A stretch of 64,000 bases of DNA from contig BFEA01000031.1 in NCBI GenBank assembly GCA_003427395.1, positions 2,745,770-2,809,769 of the forward strand, read 5' to 3'. The stretch is from Chara braunii. Its lineage: Eukaryota > Plantae > Charophyceae. Under the pieces are notes generated by a model. It saw only the letters and a list, made by a program, of their open reading frames with translations, was not told the DNA's origin and searched no databases. This document shows, in pieces, positions 37,593-48,986 of the stretch (positions are counted from its first letter, which is position 1; every line of letters starts with the position of its first letter). The position numbers were made by a program, and so were the translations under genes.

Positions 37593-38219
37593 GGGGGGTC
37601 TCACGAAGTTGAATTCCACCACACCACATCGCTACCCAACAACAAAGCGGTTCGTTGGCAAACTGTGATTCCAAGTCCACTTGTGAAAATTGAGGCTGCA
37701 CCAGGGGCATGGTTGACCACACTAGAAAAATGGAAAGTTGCAGGCTGTGGATTCTCGTCGTTTGGTGAGTTATTTCTGACAAAACGGCTATTTCGTCAAA
37801 ACGGACATTTTATATTTTTTGAACGAAATTGAATTTGGCATTTTCATTATGATTTGGGTGCAAAAAGCATTGGAAATTGACAGTTTGGGGTACGGGACAA
37901 GAGGTATGGGGTTTGGGGTAAGGGATAAGGGGTAAGGGGTACGAGATAAGGGGTAAGGGATCTGGGGTAAGGGATAAGGAATAAGGGATAAGGGATAAGG
38001 GATAAGGGGTAAATGACAAGGGGTGAGTAGTATAGCGTATTGAGCAATGTTTGCTACCTTTTATACATTGTTTCTGTTACAAACCATTTCATGTCAGCTA
38101 CATCTGCCTCCATGTAATCGTAATATTGAATAACACATACACACTACTCACGAGCCACTGTATCCAAAACCCATCGACGAGGTATCGCGGGTATGTCATC
38201 AGCGGTGCATACACACTAC

Positions 38220-38960
38220 TCATGAGAAAGGCGGAAGGTGCCTCCTAGCCAAAAGCGATGCATACGTGAGCATGAAGACCCCGCATTCATTCGTGTCACG
38301 TTGTTTCAGAATGCCCTCTACGTTCCATATGTGATTGAAGGGTTTTGTGTCCACCTCTTTGCTTTGCGATTTCGATCTTTCGAATATGAACTTTGTAAAT
38401 ACGCGGGTCACTTTTCTCGTCCATTCCATGTCGGGGGCGAGAGAGTCATAAAATTCGAATTTCCTCATTTTGAAGTCAGTCACGACGAGGGTTCAGTGGT
38501 CCTTCTGCACGATATAGAAAGAGGCAATTATCAAGTTCATGTCACTTATAATTACGTCTTCGCACCAACGCTTCACCTCTCGGCCTCGATATCTCATTTC
38601 CTTGTCGAAAAGTTTGACGAACAAAAATGAGCTCAGCACCGATATTATAGGAATGCAACCCTTTCATGTTCTAATGACAGTCTCGTTTTCTGCGTCGCAT
38701 TCTATGTGTGCTATTCTACACCGGTTGTCCAATGCGATGAGGTTGAGGTAGAAATTGATGACGTTGTCATTTAACCACTTGCGTTCGACGACGAGTAAAA
38801 ATAAATCGTTTCGAGTGAGTTGCAATACTTCGTCCATGTTAATATCATGTGTGCTGACTATGGGATACCTATTCTCGTATTCGAGGATTATATGCGATCG
38901 TGCTTTCATCTCCCTTTTTGATAAAGAGGAAATTGCGAGACGAATTGTTCACCCTCTTTT
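38220..38960 (-). pseudogene. Ulp1-like (peptidase C48) protease relic, probably transposon-associated
   Basis: WLNDNVINFYL, DH*TLVV (His site, Trp codon now a stop), FYDSL and KQRDTNECGVFM. Frameshifted. Confidence 0.85.
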
Positions 38961-39239
38961 GCACATTCTTGTATTCGTTGTTGTCATTTGCACTGCACAC
39001 TACAAGCATGAGAAAGACGACATTGACGCCAGTGGGAGGGGGGAGGATGGTGAGATCCTTTGTATATGGGCAAGTGCCTCAATGACATGAGATTCGATGC
39101 ATTGAAATCATGTTTTCAACAATTGGAGTAATTTTATACTTACATGGACAACATTCATGTATGCAATCAATCAATCATGAGTCCTGCCCCCTTTGGTACC
39201 CCATGGGATACATGCGCATACATGCATTCACGTCTCGAC

Positions 39240-39297
<58 letters not shown>

Positions 39298-40229
39298 TCT
39301 GTAGAGTTTTCCATCTGGTGTGGGTGAGTGATAGTCTACTTTGATTTTGGNNNNNNNNNNNNNNNNNNNNNNNNNNNNNNNNNNNNNNNNNNNNNNNNNN
39401 NNNNNNNNNNNNNNNNNNNNNNNNNNNNNNNNNNNNNNNNNNNNNNNNNNNNNNNNNNNNNNNNNNNNNNNNNNNNNNNNNNNNNNNNNNNNNNNNNNNN
39501 NNNNNNNNNNNNNNNNNNNNNNNNNNNNNNNNNNNNNNNNNNNNNNNNNNNNNNNNNNNNNNNNNNNNNNNNNNNNNNNNNNNNNNNNNNNNNNNNNNNN
39601 NNNNNNNNNNNNNNNNNNNNNNNNNNNNNNNNNNNNNNNNNNNNNNNNNNNNNNNNNNNNNNNNNNNNNNNNNNNNNNNNNNNNNNNNNNNNNNNNNNNN
39701 NNNNNNNNNNNNNNNNNNNNNNNNNNNNNNNNNNNNNNNNNNNNNNNNNNNNNNNNNNNNNNNNNNNNNNNNNNNNNNNNNNNNNNNNNNNNNNNNNNNN
39801 NNNNNNNNNNNNNNNNNNNNNNNNNNNNNNNNNNNGAGTCGGTGAAACTCCGACGAAACAGTTTGTCACAGCCCCTCGTTTGTTGTCCTCTTCTCTCTCT
39901 CTGCCTACGGTTTTACCGGGCAGTTCTGTTTGTGACGATATATATATATATATATATAGGAGAGAGAGAGAGAGAAGAGAGAGAAAGAGAGACCTACATA
40001 ATTTAACACACTCATGTTGACAACACAATTTTCTTGAGAACAACGAAACGAACAAGTAACCTAAACAACTTAGGTCGAACGTAATGTTCAGAAAACAAAA
40101 CAAAAGAAACGAGTAAAATCATGTAGAATGAGACACAATTTCAAATTAAATGAAAATAAATGAGTTAATAATACATATGTATACAAAGAAGAAAATGAAA
40201 CATTGTAATTTCATCGCTGGATGATTTCC

Positions 40230-43064
40230 CTCTACTTCATTTTCCGCCTCACCCATCATGTTTTCCATGTGCGGTATCGACCACGTTTTTTCCACCTTCG
40301 GCCTCATCATCAATGCTCGTGGTCAAGGTGTCAAGATTGCGAGAATAGAGCAACCTTTCTGTATCCCCCCCCTTTCAACCATCCCCATCGCCCTTTCTTT
40401 GTAGTGTTAGAGATGAGTGTGCATCACCTTTGTCAGTGCATGAGGACAGTTACAACGACATTCCCGCGACGCTCATCCCAACAGCCGACTCGGACTCCAT
40501 CTCTGATCTGCATTCCAATGCAGCATCTGTCAACAAGAGACTCCCGTACGTAGCACCCACATTCGACGGCTCGGTGATTGACATATCCACACGTTCAGGT
40601 GTTTTTGTCGTGGCGACGGAGATGGCAATCACGAACTTTTTCGTTGCAGACGTTATCTCCACCTTCGGAATCAATGCAACCTTCACGTCGGAAGTTGTCC
40701 CGTCATCTTCCCTCTGCTCAGCCTTCGTGTCCCCTGTGGTCGGTGTGGACAAAAGCACGACATCATGAGAGACGTTCACCTTCATGGCCTCGGCGGTGTG
40801 ATCGACCTTCCACTCGATTGACCCGCGTGAGGGGCTCGTGCGCAGGTCGTAAAACTTGCCGCTGTACTCCAACTGTCCATTGTCTCGCAAGACATTGAAC
40901 ACATGTTTCGTCTTTGCTTTGATGACGATCTCACTTTGCCCCAGGTTCTCTCTCTGCACGCGGTCTAGAACTGCATGCTCCGTCGTTTTCAGCCAAGTGC
41001 CCTTTGCCATTCGGTCAAAAGTTCTCCAACCGGGTTTGCACTTCATCGTCATCTTCCACTCCCCACCTTGGATGCATGACTCTAAAATGCCATCATGCCA
41101 GATGATATCATGACCCTATTTGTCCTCACCAATGCGGGCGTATTTGTCCTCCAAAAAATGGATAGTGGTCAGGTCCACACAAAAGTCGGGAGGAATCAGT
41201 TCGTCCGACGTGAGCTTCGATGCTAGGTCACGTATATCAAGCTCATCTTCTTTATCGCCTCGGCACATTCCAGTCTCTGCATCCATATGAGTACACTCGA
41301 CGCGGCCCACCATTGAGGCTACACTGTTCGGTTGCGATCACGGGTTGGAGCATCCCTGTGAACGCGCCGTTCCGTCATCATGTGCCTTTGTCATGAGATG
41401 ACCAGGATCCTGTACGTCGTGGTTCATGGCAACGCACTGTCCACGCCACCCGGTTGCATCAGTGTTGTTTTCGATATCGAGGTCGGAGTCCGATGAGTCT
41501 TTCTCGTAGTCGACGGGGTTAAAACAACAATTTCGTCAAAACGAACATATTTTATTTTTTAAACGAAATTGAAACCTCATAAATTAGTTCGATTTATGTG
41601 AAAATTTTAAGCTCTTGAGGGTCCGACGTCCTTAAAACGCCAGACCTCTTGGATGTATCTTGACTTAGCTGAAGTCTAGGGGGTACGACATTATGAAAAC
41701 GTCATACCCCCCTTAATGTATCTGGACTTAGCTCACATCCAGAGGGTAGGGCGTTTTCAGAACGCTGTACCCTCAGGAGCTGAAAATATCGACCTAAATC
41801 GAACCGATTTTTGAGTTCTCCATTTCGTTAAAAAAATAAAAAATCATTAAAAATGTCCGTTTTGACGAAATTGTTGTTTTAAGTCCTTCAATCGATTTAA
41901 CGAGCTTTGCATAATTCTTGAACGTCGGTTGGTCTTTGTGAATAGCAAACTTCAAGATCTCGCATCGAGCAACGAATATCTCAAAGGCGCCAGTCAGAGC
42001 ACCGTGATAATGTTTGAGGGTCTCTGTCGCCTTTGCTTTCTTATATATATAATTTTCGTTAAGACATCTTTGTGGCGCATCGCGGAATAGGTATTCCTTC
42101 ACCTTCAGTCTCTTCGGTCCCAACTTGTGGTACATATCCCTGTTGTTGCGATGTGTGGAACGCGACTTCTCGACTCGAGAGTCGAATCTGTCATCCTTGA
42201 CAAGTATGTCGATGAACTTTGTCAAGTATGCAATGTCCTTGACCGACTCGTCACAGACAATGACATTATCACCTGCAAGCAAGAACTCTCACACAAGACC
42301 TGTGTGTGCCCTGCCCAACAAAAGCACACCTTCCGCCTCTCCGACGAATGAACCGCACAACGAACGCAACCTGTTAGGTTCTCACTCCCATATGAATATG
42401 TGGCATTTCCGTCGTCGTCGATGCCACCGTGTTTTCCTTGACACTTCCTGAACTTCTCCTCCACAACATGCACTTCTGTGAGGTCATTGAGAAGTTGGGG
42501 TGTGGCAGTGACTTTTTTCAGATCCCCTCCTTCAGCGTGCAGGACAATGACCATCGTGTCCCGACTTGTCGTAGCGATATTACCATACCTTGTGATGTCA
42601 TTCCATGGCTTGTCCACCCGTTGCCAGGTCCCAGGGATGAGTTCGACGCCCTCCCAACGGAACAAGTGACGCAAGACATCGCTTTGCACCTTCTGCGGTG
42701 CAAAGAAGAAGAAGATTCAATTATGGTCACACCACTTGGTAATCATTGTGTGCAACGCATCAAAGTCCTGCGAGGTCCATGCACTGCTGAAATTGGAGGA
42801 CGAGATGTTCACGATGGCGGCCCTGCATACCATTTTTTGCGTTGAGGTGACGATGTCGTCGGGCACTGCCAATACTTCCTTCGACCTCATGCATACAGGA
42901 AGCAATGTCGTTTGTCTACCGAGTTTGTCCCAGACAAGATGACATGCGCTGGAGGCGATTCGTTTCACCCTTGCTCGAAGCAAATCGAGCTTATCGATGA
43001 CTGTGTATATGAACACCTTGAAGTGAAACGGACCCTCCTTGTACATTGCTTCTGTAGGCCCCAA
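40230..43064 (-). pseudogene. Long degenerate ORF of unknown function, likely transposon cargo
   Basis: Colinear - strand coding-like fragments at 42717-43064, 42222-42689, 41883-42282, 41116-41313 and 40450-41052. The frame is restored across the MITE at 41523-41878. Confidence 0.6.
41523..41878. mobile_element. MITE with TTAA TSD (AA...TT termini, Kolobok-like pattern)
   Basis: TIR AACAACAATTTCGTCAAAACG / CGTTTTGACGAAATTGTTGTT. TTAA at 41519-41522 and 41879-41882. Internally palindromic. A related end lies at about 37780-37835. Confidence 0.85.
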
Positions 43065-44538
43065 GCCCGCACCTTGCCACTGTCAACTCTAGACGGGGAT
43101 TTTGTGAGTTCGATTCTAGAGTTAGTGGAGCGGGGCCGAACTCACGAAATTTCGTGAGTCTGGAATAGTGGAGCGAGACACGATATCTCAAGGTCGTCGC
43201 CCTTTTCGAAGAAAGAAAAAGAAAAGGGAGAAGGGAGGGAAAAAGAGAGGAAAACGGGCCTAGTGATTGCTGACCATTTGACGGTAGCTTGTGAAAATAG
43301 TACTAGCTCTCTCATAGAATTATACACGCCATGGGCAAGAAAGGATGGGAAAGTGGACATGTTGAGGGTAGGAGGGAAAAGGGGTTCTGGGGGAGGGTAG
43401 GCTGGTAGATTACACCTCAGAATAGGCATGGAGAGAGGTCGGAGATACATCACAGGCTGGATGCAGAGACAGATGGAAGGGAGGACAAACAGACTAGGAG
43501 GGCTTCGGGGACTGGGAGGAAGGGACCCTCGGCCCCAGACTTGTTCAAACTGTAAAACCGCGATGTATAGAAAAGGGACGCTGTGCTGGTCGGGCGCCTG
43601 TATTCTACAGGTTATTGTGTTACAAGACACAGGTTGTGAGAGCAGGTTAACCGAGCACCCATTTTTCAGGCCCATTTATAAGAAAACCAGACAGTCATTT
43701 TAACAACACTTCACACCAATCTAAATTTCATATACGGCAACCCTATCAAAATGCATATATAGCAAAAACTTGAAATTCCAAAAAAACATGAAATTTGAGC
43801 CCAAAACCCTAATTTCAGAAATTTCAGGCCTGAAAACCAGATGCCCCGTTAACCTCTTGTGCANNNNNNNNNNNNNNNNNNNNNNNNNNNNNNNNNNNNN
43901 NNNNNNNNNNNNNNNNNNNNNNNNNNNNNNNNNNNNNNNNNNNNNNNNNNNNNNNNNNNNNNNNNNNNNNNNNNNNNNNNNNNNNNNNNNNNNNNNNNNN
44001 NNNNNNNNNNNNNNNNNNNNNNNNNNNNNNNNNNNNNNNNNNNNNNNNNNNNNNNNNNNNNNNNNNNNNNNNNNNNNNNNNNNNNNNNNNNNNNNNNNNN
44101 NNNNNNNNNNNNNNNNNNNNNNNNNNNNNNNNNNNNNNNNNNNNNNNNNNNNNNNNNNNNNNNNNNNNNNNNNNNNNNNNNNNNNNNNNNNNNNNNNNNN
44201 NNNNNNNNNNNNNNNNNNNNNNNNNNNNNNNNNNNNNNNNNNNNNNNNNNNNNNNNNNNNNNNNNNNNNNNNNNNNNNNNNNNNNNNNNNNNNNNNNNNN
44301 NNNNNNNNNNNNNNNNNNNNNNNNNNNNNNNNNNNNNNNNNNNNNNNNNNNNNNNNNNNNNNNNNNNNNNNNNNNNNNNNNNNNNNNNNNNNNNNNNNNN
44401 NNNNNNNNNNNNNNNNNNNNNNNNNNNNNNNNNNNNNNNNNNNNNNNNNNNNNNNNNNNNNNNNNNNNNNNNNNNNNNNNNNNNNNNNNNNNNNNNNNNN
44501 NNNNNNNNNNNNNNNNNNNNNNNNNNNNNNNNNNNNNN

Positions 44539-44900
44539 TTTTTTTAAACAACTTCCCCCACTAGTGTTAGTGGTGCTGATAAGAGCAGAGACCACTAGCA
44601 CCTGAGGAGAGGCTCCATCTATTGGTGGGGAGTGTCACCTGCTGGAAACCGGGTCCAGCGTCCCATATACAAAAAGAATTTAGTACTTCAAAGGGGCTAT
44701 TTCTGGATGAATCTGACCAATCATTCGTGCTATATTCAGCTCCACTTAATGGAAAGCAGTTTTCTGGCCAGATTCGCTCCGAAATAGCACTCAGTGATGG
44801 CGCAGCCCCAGTGCTAAAAACAAAAAAGGGTGCTGGTCCTGACATAACGCGCCCTCTTGTTTTTCCATTTTTGAGAAAACTATGGTGCGGTCTGGGTTAC
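44539..44900 (-). mobile_element. LINE 3' UTR fragment
   Basis: T-run at the gap edge and shared hairpin module at 44612-44664. Confidence 0.65.
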
Positions 44901-44994
44901 AGTATGTAAATGCATTTGGAACATGGTTTCTGCAGTCTAGTCACTGCCCAGGTTTGACGTGCAGTTGAGGTTATTACAACGGCGGCAGCACCGG

Positions 44995-45040
44995 TGACGA
45001 CAACAGCGATAACAGAAGCAACTACAGCAATGACAACAAC

Positions 45041-45074
<34 letters not shown>

Positions 45075-45140
45075 ACGACAACAACAACAACAACAACAAC
45101 AACAACAGTCGCAATGGCAACAACAACAACAACAACACTG
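44995..45140. repeat. (ACA)n microsatellite
   Basis: Direct inspection. Confidence 0.95.
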
Positions 45141-45714
45141 GCATCGACAAGGGCCGCCACAACGACATCAGCAAAGATAAAGTCAATAGCAACATCAACA
45201 TCAGCACAGTGGGGGCACTGGGGGGGAATTAGCGGTTTGACTGGGCTGGCGAGGTGGGGCTTGGGGTTGAAGGTGCAATTTACCATTTCCCGCCCTTTCT
45301 ATCCGGTGTTTCTACATCATGTTGATTCGTTCCTCTTTGTCCTGCACCGGGTGGGAGTAGGGTGGATGATCTCCCCCTTGTTGATTGGAGTTGACCGGCC
45401 CTCAACTTCCAATCATGAAGCCTTAGGGGTGTTGATTGCCCCCAAGGGGAGGTAGGTTGTTTAGGGTTTTGAGTAAACTTTGGTTTGATTTCCTTGTTGG
45501 GGTGATCGATGAAGATGCTTTTCATTAGGATTACGATTGATGGGCAGGAGGTCAATCCTTCCCTTGCGCAGGGACGTAATCAACGCCTCTGCTCTTTTCG
45601 GAAATATGGTGGATATGGCGGAAAGGGTTTCCCTGCATGCGACATAGGTTGAGGTACGAACATATACAAACTGTTTTGGATGCATAGCATGATATCTCTA
45701 CACATCATTGTATA

Positions 45715-45913
45715 GGGATGCTGGACCTAATTTCCAGCTCACAGACATCATATCATGGTCAAGGGACGCTGGACCCGATTTCCAGCAAATGTAGCTCCCC
45801 ACCAATAGATGGAGCCTTCAACGATGAGGCCTAATTACCGGGGCTGCTCTTATCACCTCGTTAAGTAGGTTTTCCCATGCATGAAGTTTTTTAAAAAAGA
45901 AAAAGAAAAAAAA
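45715..45913 (+). mobile_element. LINE 3' UTR with two hairpin modules and A-rich tail
   Basis: GGGAYGCTGGACC...TTTCCAGC at about 45715 and 45762, GCTCC...GGAGC, A-run at 45893-45913. Confidence 0.7.
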
Positions 45914-45914
45914 A

Positions 45915-46400
45915 GGCCTGGCAGCTTAGGACATGGGGGTTGGGTTGCAAGGGTGGATTGGGCAGGCAAGGGGCGGGAGGGCGAACAGGAGGAGCTCAAA
46001 AGGGACTACAAACTCTCCTTTAATGATTGGAAAGTAGGCGACGCCACAATCCCGATGCGTCCCCTATCTGATTTTCCCAACCCTTTCCCCGAGCCTTCCC
46101 TTTCCCTGGTTGATAGGCAGTGGTATGGGCAGGACTGAGTGGAGGGGGGTGGGGAATGAGGGGGTAGAAGCAAGTGTGCCAGGGATAATGTGTGCCAGGC
46201 AGACAGCCACAGGAACAGGCGCCCCTACAAAGGGGCGACGAGGCACCTGAGCAATAATTCCCTTTCCCCCCCTCCCCAAATGTTTCCTACGCTGAGATTG
46301 CAATGTTGGCATTTCTTAACGGACGCAGGGCCCGGTTCCCAGCACGTGATGCTCCCCACAAATAGATTGGAGCTTTGTGTTTCAATTTTTTTTTTAAAAA
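45915..46400 (+). mobile_element. 5'-truncated LINE: ORF2 extreme C-terminus plus 3' UTR
   Basis: GWVARVDW...RDYKLSFNDW...PMRPLSDFPNPFP aligns with GWVAEVKW...RDYQLIFHDW...PLRPAQDFADPFP of the 1025-2041 ORF. Hairpin module at 46321-46373. Confidence 0.8.
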
Positions 46401-46404
46401 GAAA

Positions 46405-46760
46405 AGGGTTGGTAGTTTAGTCACGGTTTGAACTTTGGAAGTTTTGGTTGGTAGTTTAGTCACGGTTTGGACTTTGGAAGTTTGGGTTGGCAGTTCAGCT
46501 GGGGTTGCGAGTTAGCACTCTAGTTGCGGCCCGATTTTGACATATGAAGTCGGGCTGCGACTCGGAGCGGACTGTTAACTGATTTTGACATATGAAGTCG
46601 GGCTGCGACTCAGAGCGGACTGCTCACTGAAACTGGTAAGCGTGACTGAACTCCCAACCCTAACTTCGAAACCGTGACTGAACTGCCAAACCTAACCTCA
46701 ACTGCATGTCAAACCTGGGCCGTGATTGGACTGCCAATTTGTTGTTTCGGTTGCATTTAC
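46405..46760. repeat. Fold-back element of direct and inverted subrepeats (MITE-like)
   Basis: GGTAGTTTAGTCACGGTTTG x2 on the left; CGTGACTGAACT x2 inverted on the right; central GATTTTGACATATGAAGTCGGGCTGCGACTC x2. Confidence 0.6.
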
Positions 46761-47164
46761 AAACCTTTTTTGTGACTTGGCACAAAGTTGCCCTTTTTTT
46801 TTTTCTTTTTTTTTTCTTTTTTCCAGTTTATGTGCTTCTGTGGAGCTCCATCTTGGGGCTTTCCTGCCTGCCTTGGTATATTTCCACATCGTTGGCTGGA
46901 CTCCCTCTGCTGGGGCTGGGGTTTTGGCTCGGGGTGCATACTCCCCATCTAGCAGAAGTAACACCACAGAGGATGGGGACTCCCCCATTGGAAAACTTTA
47001 AGGGCAAAAAAAAAAAAAGAAAAAAAAAGGAGGCCCGCAATGTAAAATGAACTTTTTTGTAATTCCAGGATGCGCGCTGCACTTTCTGCAGCCCGAATGC
47101 TAAAATCTCAGTTTTAGACCTCGCCTTTTCCAAAACACGGATACTTTTTTGAAAGGACGGAATT

Positions 47165-48986
47165 TTTATTATTATTATTATTATTTTAATTAAAGACTCA
47201 TCAGTCCGTGGTAGGTGGGGGGTGATATGAGCATCCCCCTCTACTACTGACTGTATTGGTCACTCCATCTATTGGTGGGGAGCTGCACCTGCTGGAAAAC
47301 GGGTCCAACGTCCCAATGAGAACAAAGTTCATAACAAATGAGCATTATTGGGGCCTCTTCACCCAGAGTTGGGCGCCAGATCCTCTTACTATTTCTAGCG
47401 CTTCTATTAGACTCGTTTTCAATATGTTTCTTCATGACCATACCAAGAAATAGGGACCATTGCTCCTTCTGACGGTGGGAAGGGGTCAGGAACTCAGCCA
47501 AGGGACGCAGGGGGATTGAGGGATCCACTTCACGCCGTTAAAAATGATACTGTAGTTTCTTCTGATCTCCTCTCCTCCTGTCTCAGACTGACCATTCCAT
47601 TCCACCTCCGTTAAATTTCCCCCCTGTTTCCCCTCGAGCCAATCACTGCTGAAGTTTTGAATGTGTTACAAAATTTCTCTATTTCTGGAGAGATGTTGGA
47701 TTTTGTTCTTTGTGTGTTCCCATACAGTAATAATGTATGTCTGAATTTGTTGTTTAATGCTTTCTGTAAATTCTGGTCCATAAAGTCTAGCTCCTTCCAA
47801 CTCATAGGTACACCTTCTTCTCCAGATAGGCCGAAGAACTGTTCTTCTTCCCAGGATATAAAGATTTTGTGAGAAAGCATCATAGGGATCAGCTAACCAG
47901 TTTTCTAGCAAAATGGGTTTCCATCCCCATAGCCATTGAAATTTTGAGCCTAGATGATCCCATATGCGGTCCCACCATCTCCACAACCGAATGGACCCAG
48001 GACATTGAACAAAAATGGTGCTCAATGGTCTCAAGGATCTTTTTGCTTGGAAAGGCAGACTTGCAGACTTTACACCATGGTTCCGCTATGCCATTCCTTT
48101 CTAGTGAGGATTTAGCTGTCAGCCAATCATTGGTTGGGAGACATCTATGTGAGAATTGCCATTGAAGTGACGCTATCTTGGCAGGTTTGCATCTTTTAGT
48201 GCTGAACCATTTAATATGCTTCAATTCTCTTTTATGCAGATTGAGTTGATTCATCCATCTGGTTAATTTCCTGTCTTTTAGGTTTATTATGGGTCTTAGC
48301 ATTCTGTATGTGGATTTCACTAAGAGGTTATGTAGGGATCTAGTATCATTTCGTTTACGCTTCGCTTGAGACTCCCACTTCCATCTCCGGATCTAGCGGA
48401 AGGTGGGATATAGGTGGATCAGGCCGGAAAGCAAGCCATGTATTTTTGGTTTGTAGAACCCTGATTCTAAATATTTGGTCCCCTAAAACCCATCGAATTT
48501 TACTTGGTAATACGGGGAATACAGTGTTATCATCCTCGAGGTCGAAAATGATTACTAAAATCTTCCCATTCGGTTCTTTTATCAGAATGCTGCCAACTTC
48601 TTGGGTACAATCCTTGAACACTACCTAGTCATTTACCTTGATGTTACGACCTTGCCTGAGAATATGTATCCAGTTCAAAGGTATGAGCTCTATTATATTT
48701 TTCAGGTCGTCAGGGAATAGAGAACATATAGGAATTGCGTCTTCAAGTATCGATGTCACCTGGATTTTCTTTATATCTCTATTGTGTCTTAAGTTTGAGG
48801 CTATAGCTTCCATTATAATAACAAAACGGAATGGGGTCACTAAGTATCCTTGTCTAACTGATCTTATTAGTTCAATTGGAGGGGCTACATTCCCATTTAT
48901 CATTACTCTGGTTGTTGCCTTTTGATGCATAATCCCAGTCCAAATTTCATTTTTTTCCAAACATATATCGAGGAACATCCAATTAA
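47165..48986 (-). pseudogene. 3' half of a decayed L1/Tx1-like LINE (RT domains, zf-RVT, 3' UTR)
   Basis: RSVRQGYLVTP, SLFPDD, HRCLPTND, WCKVC...ETIEH and hairpin module at 47268-47314. Confidence 0.85.
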
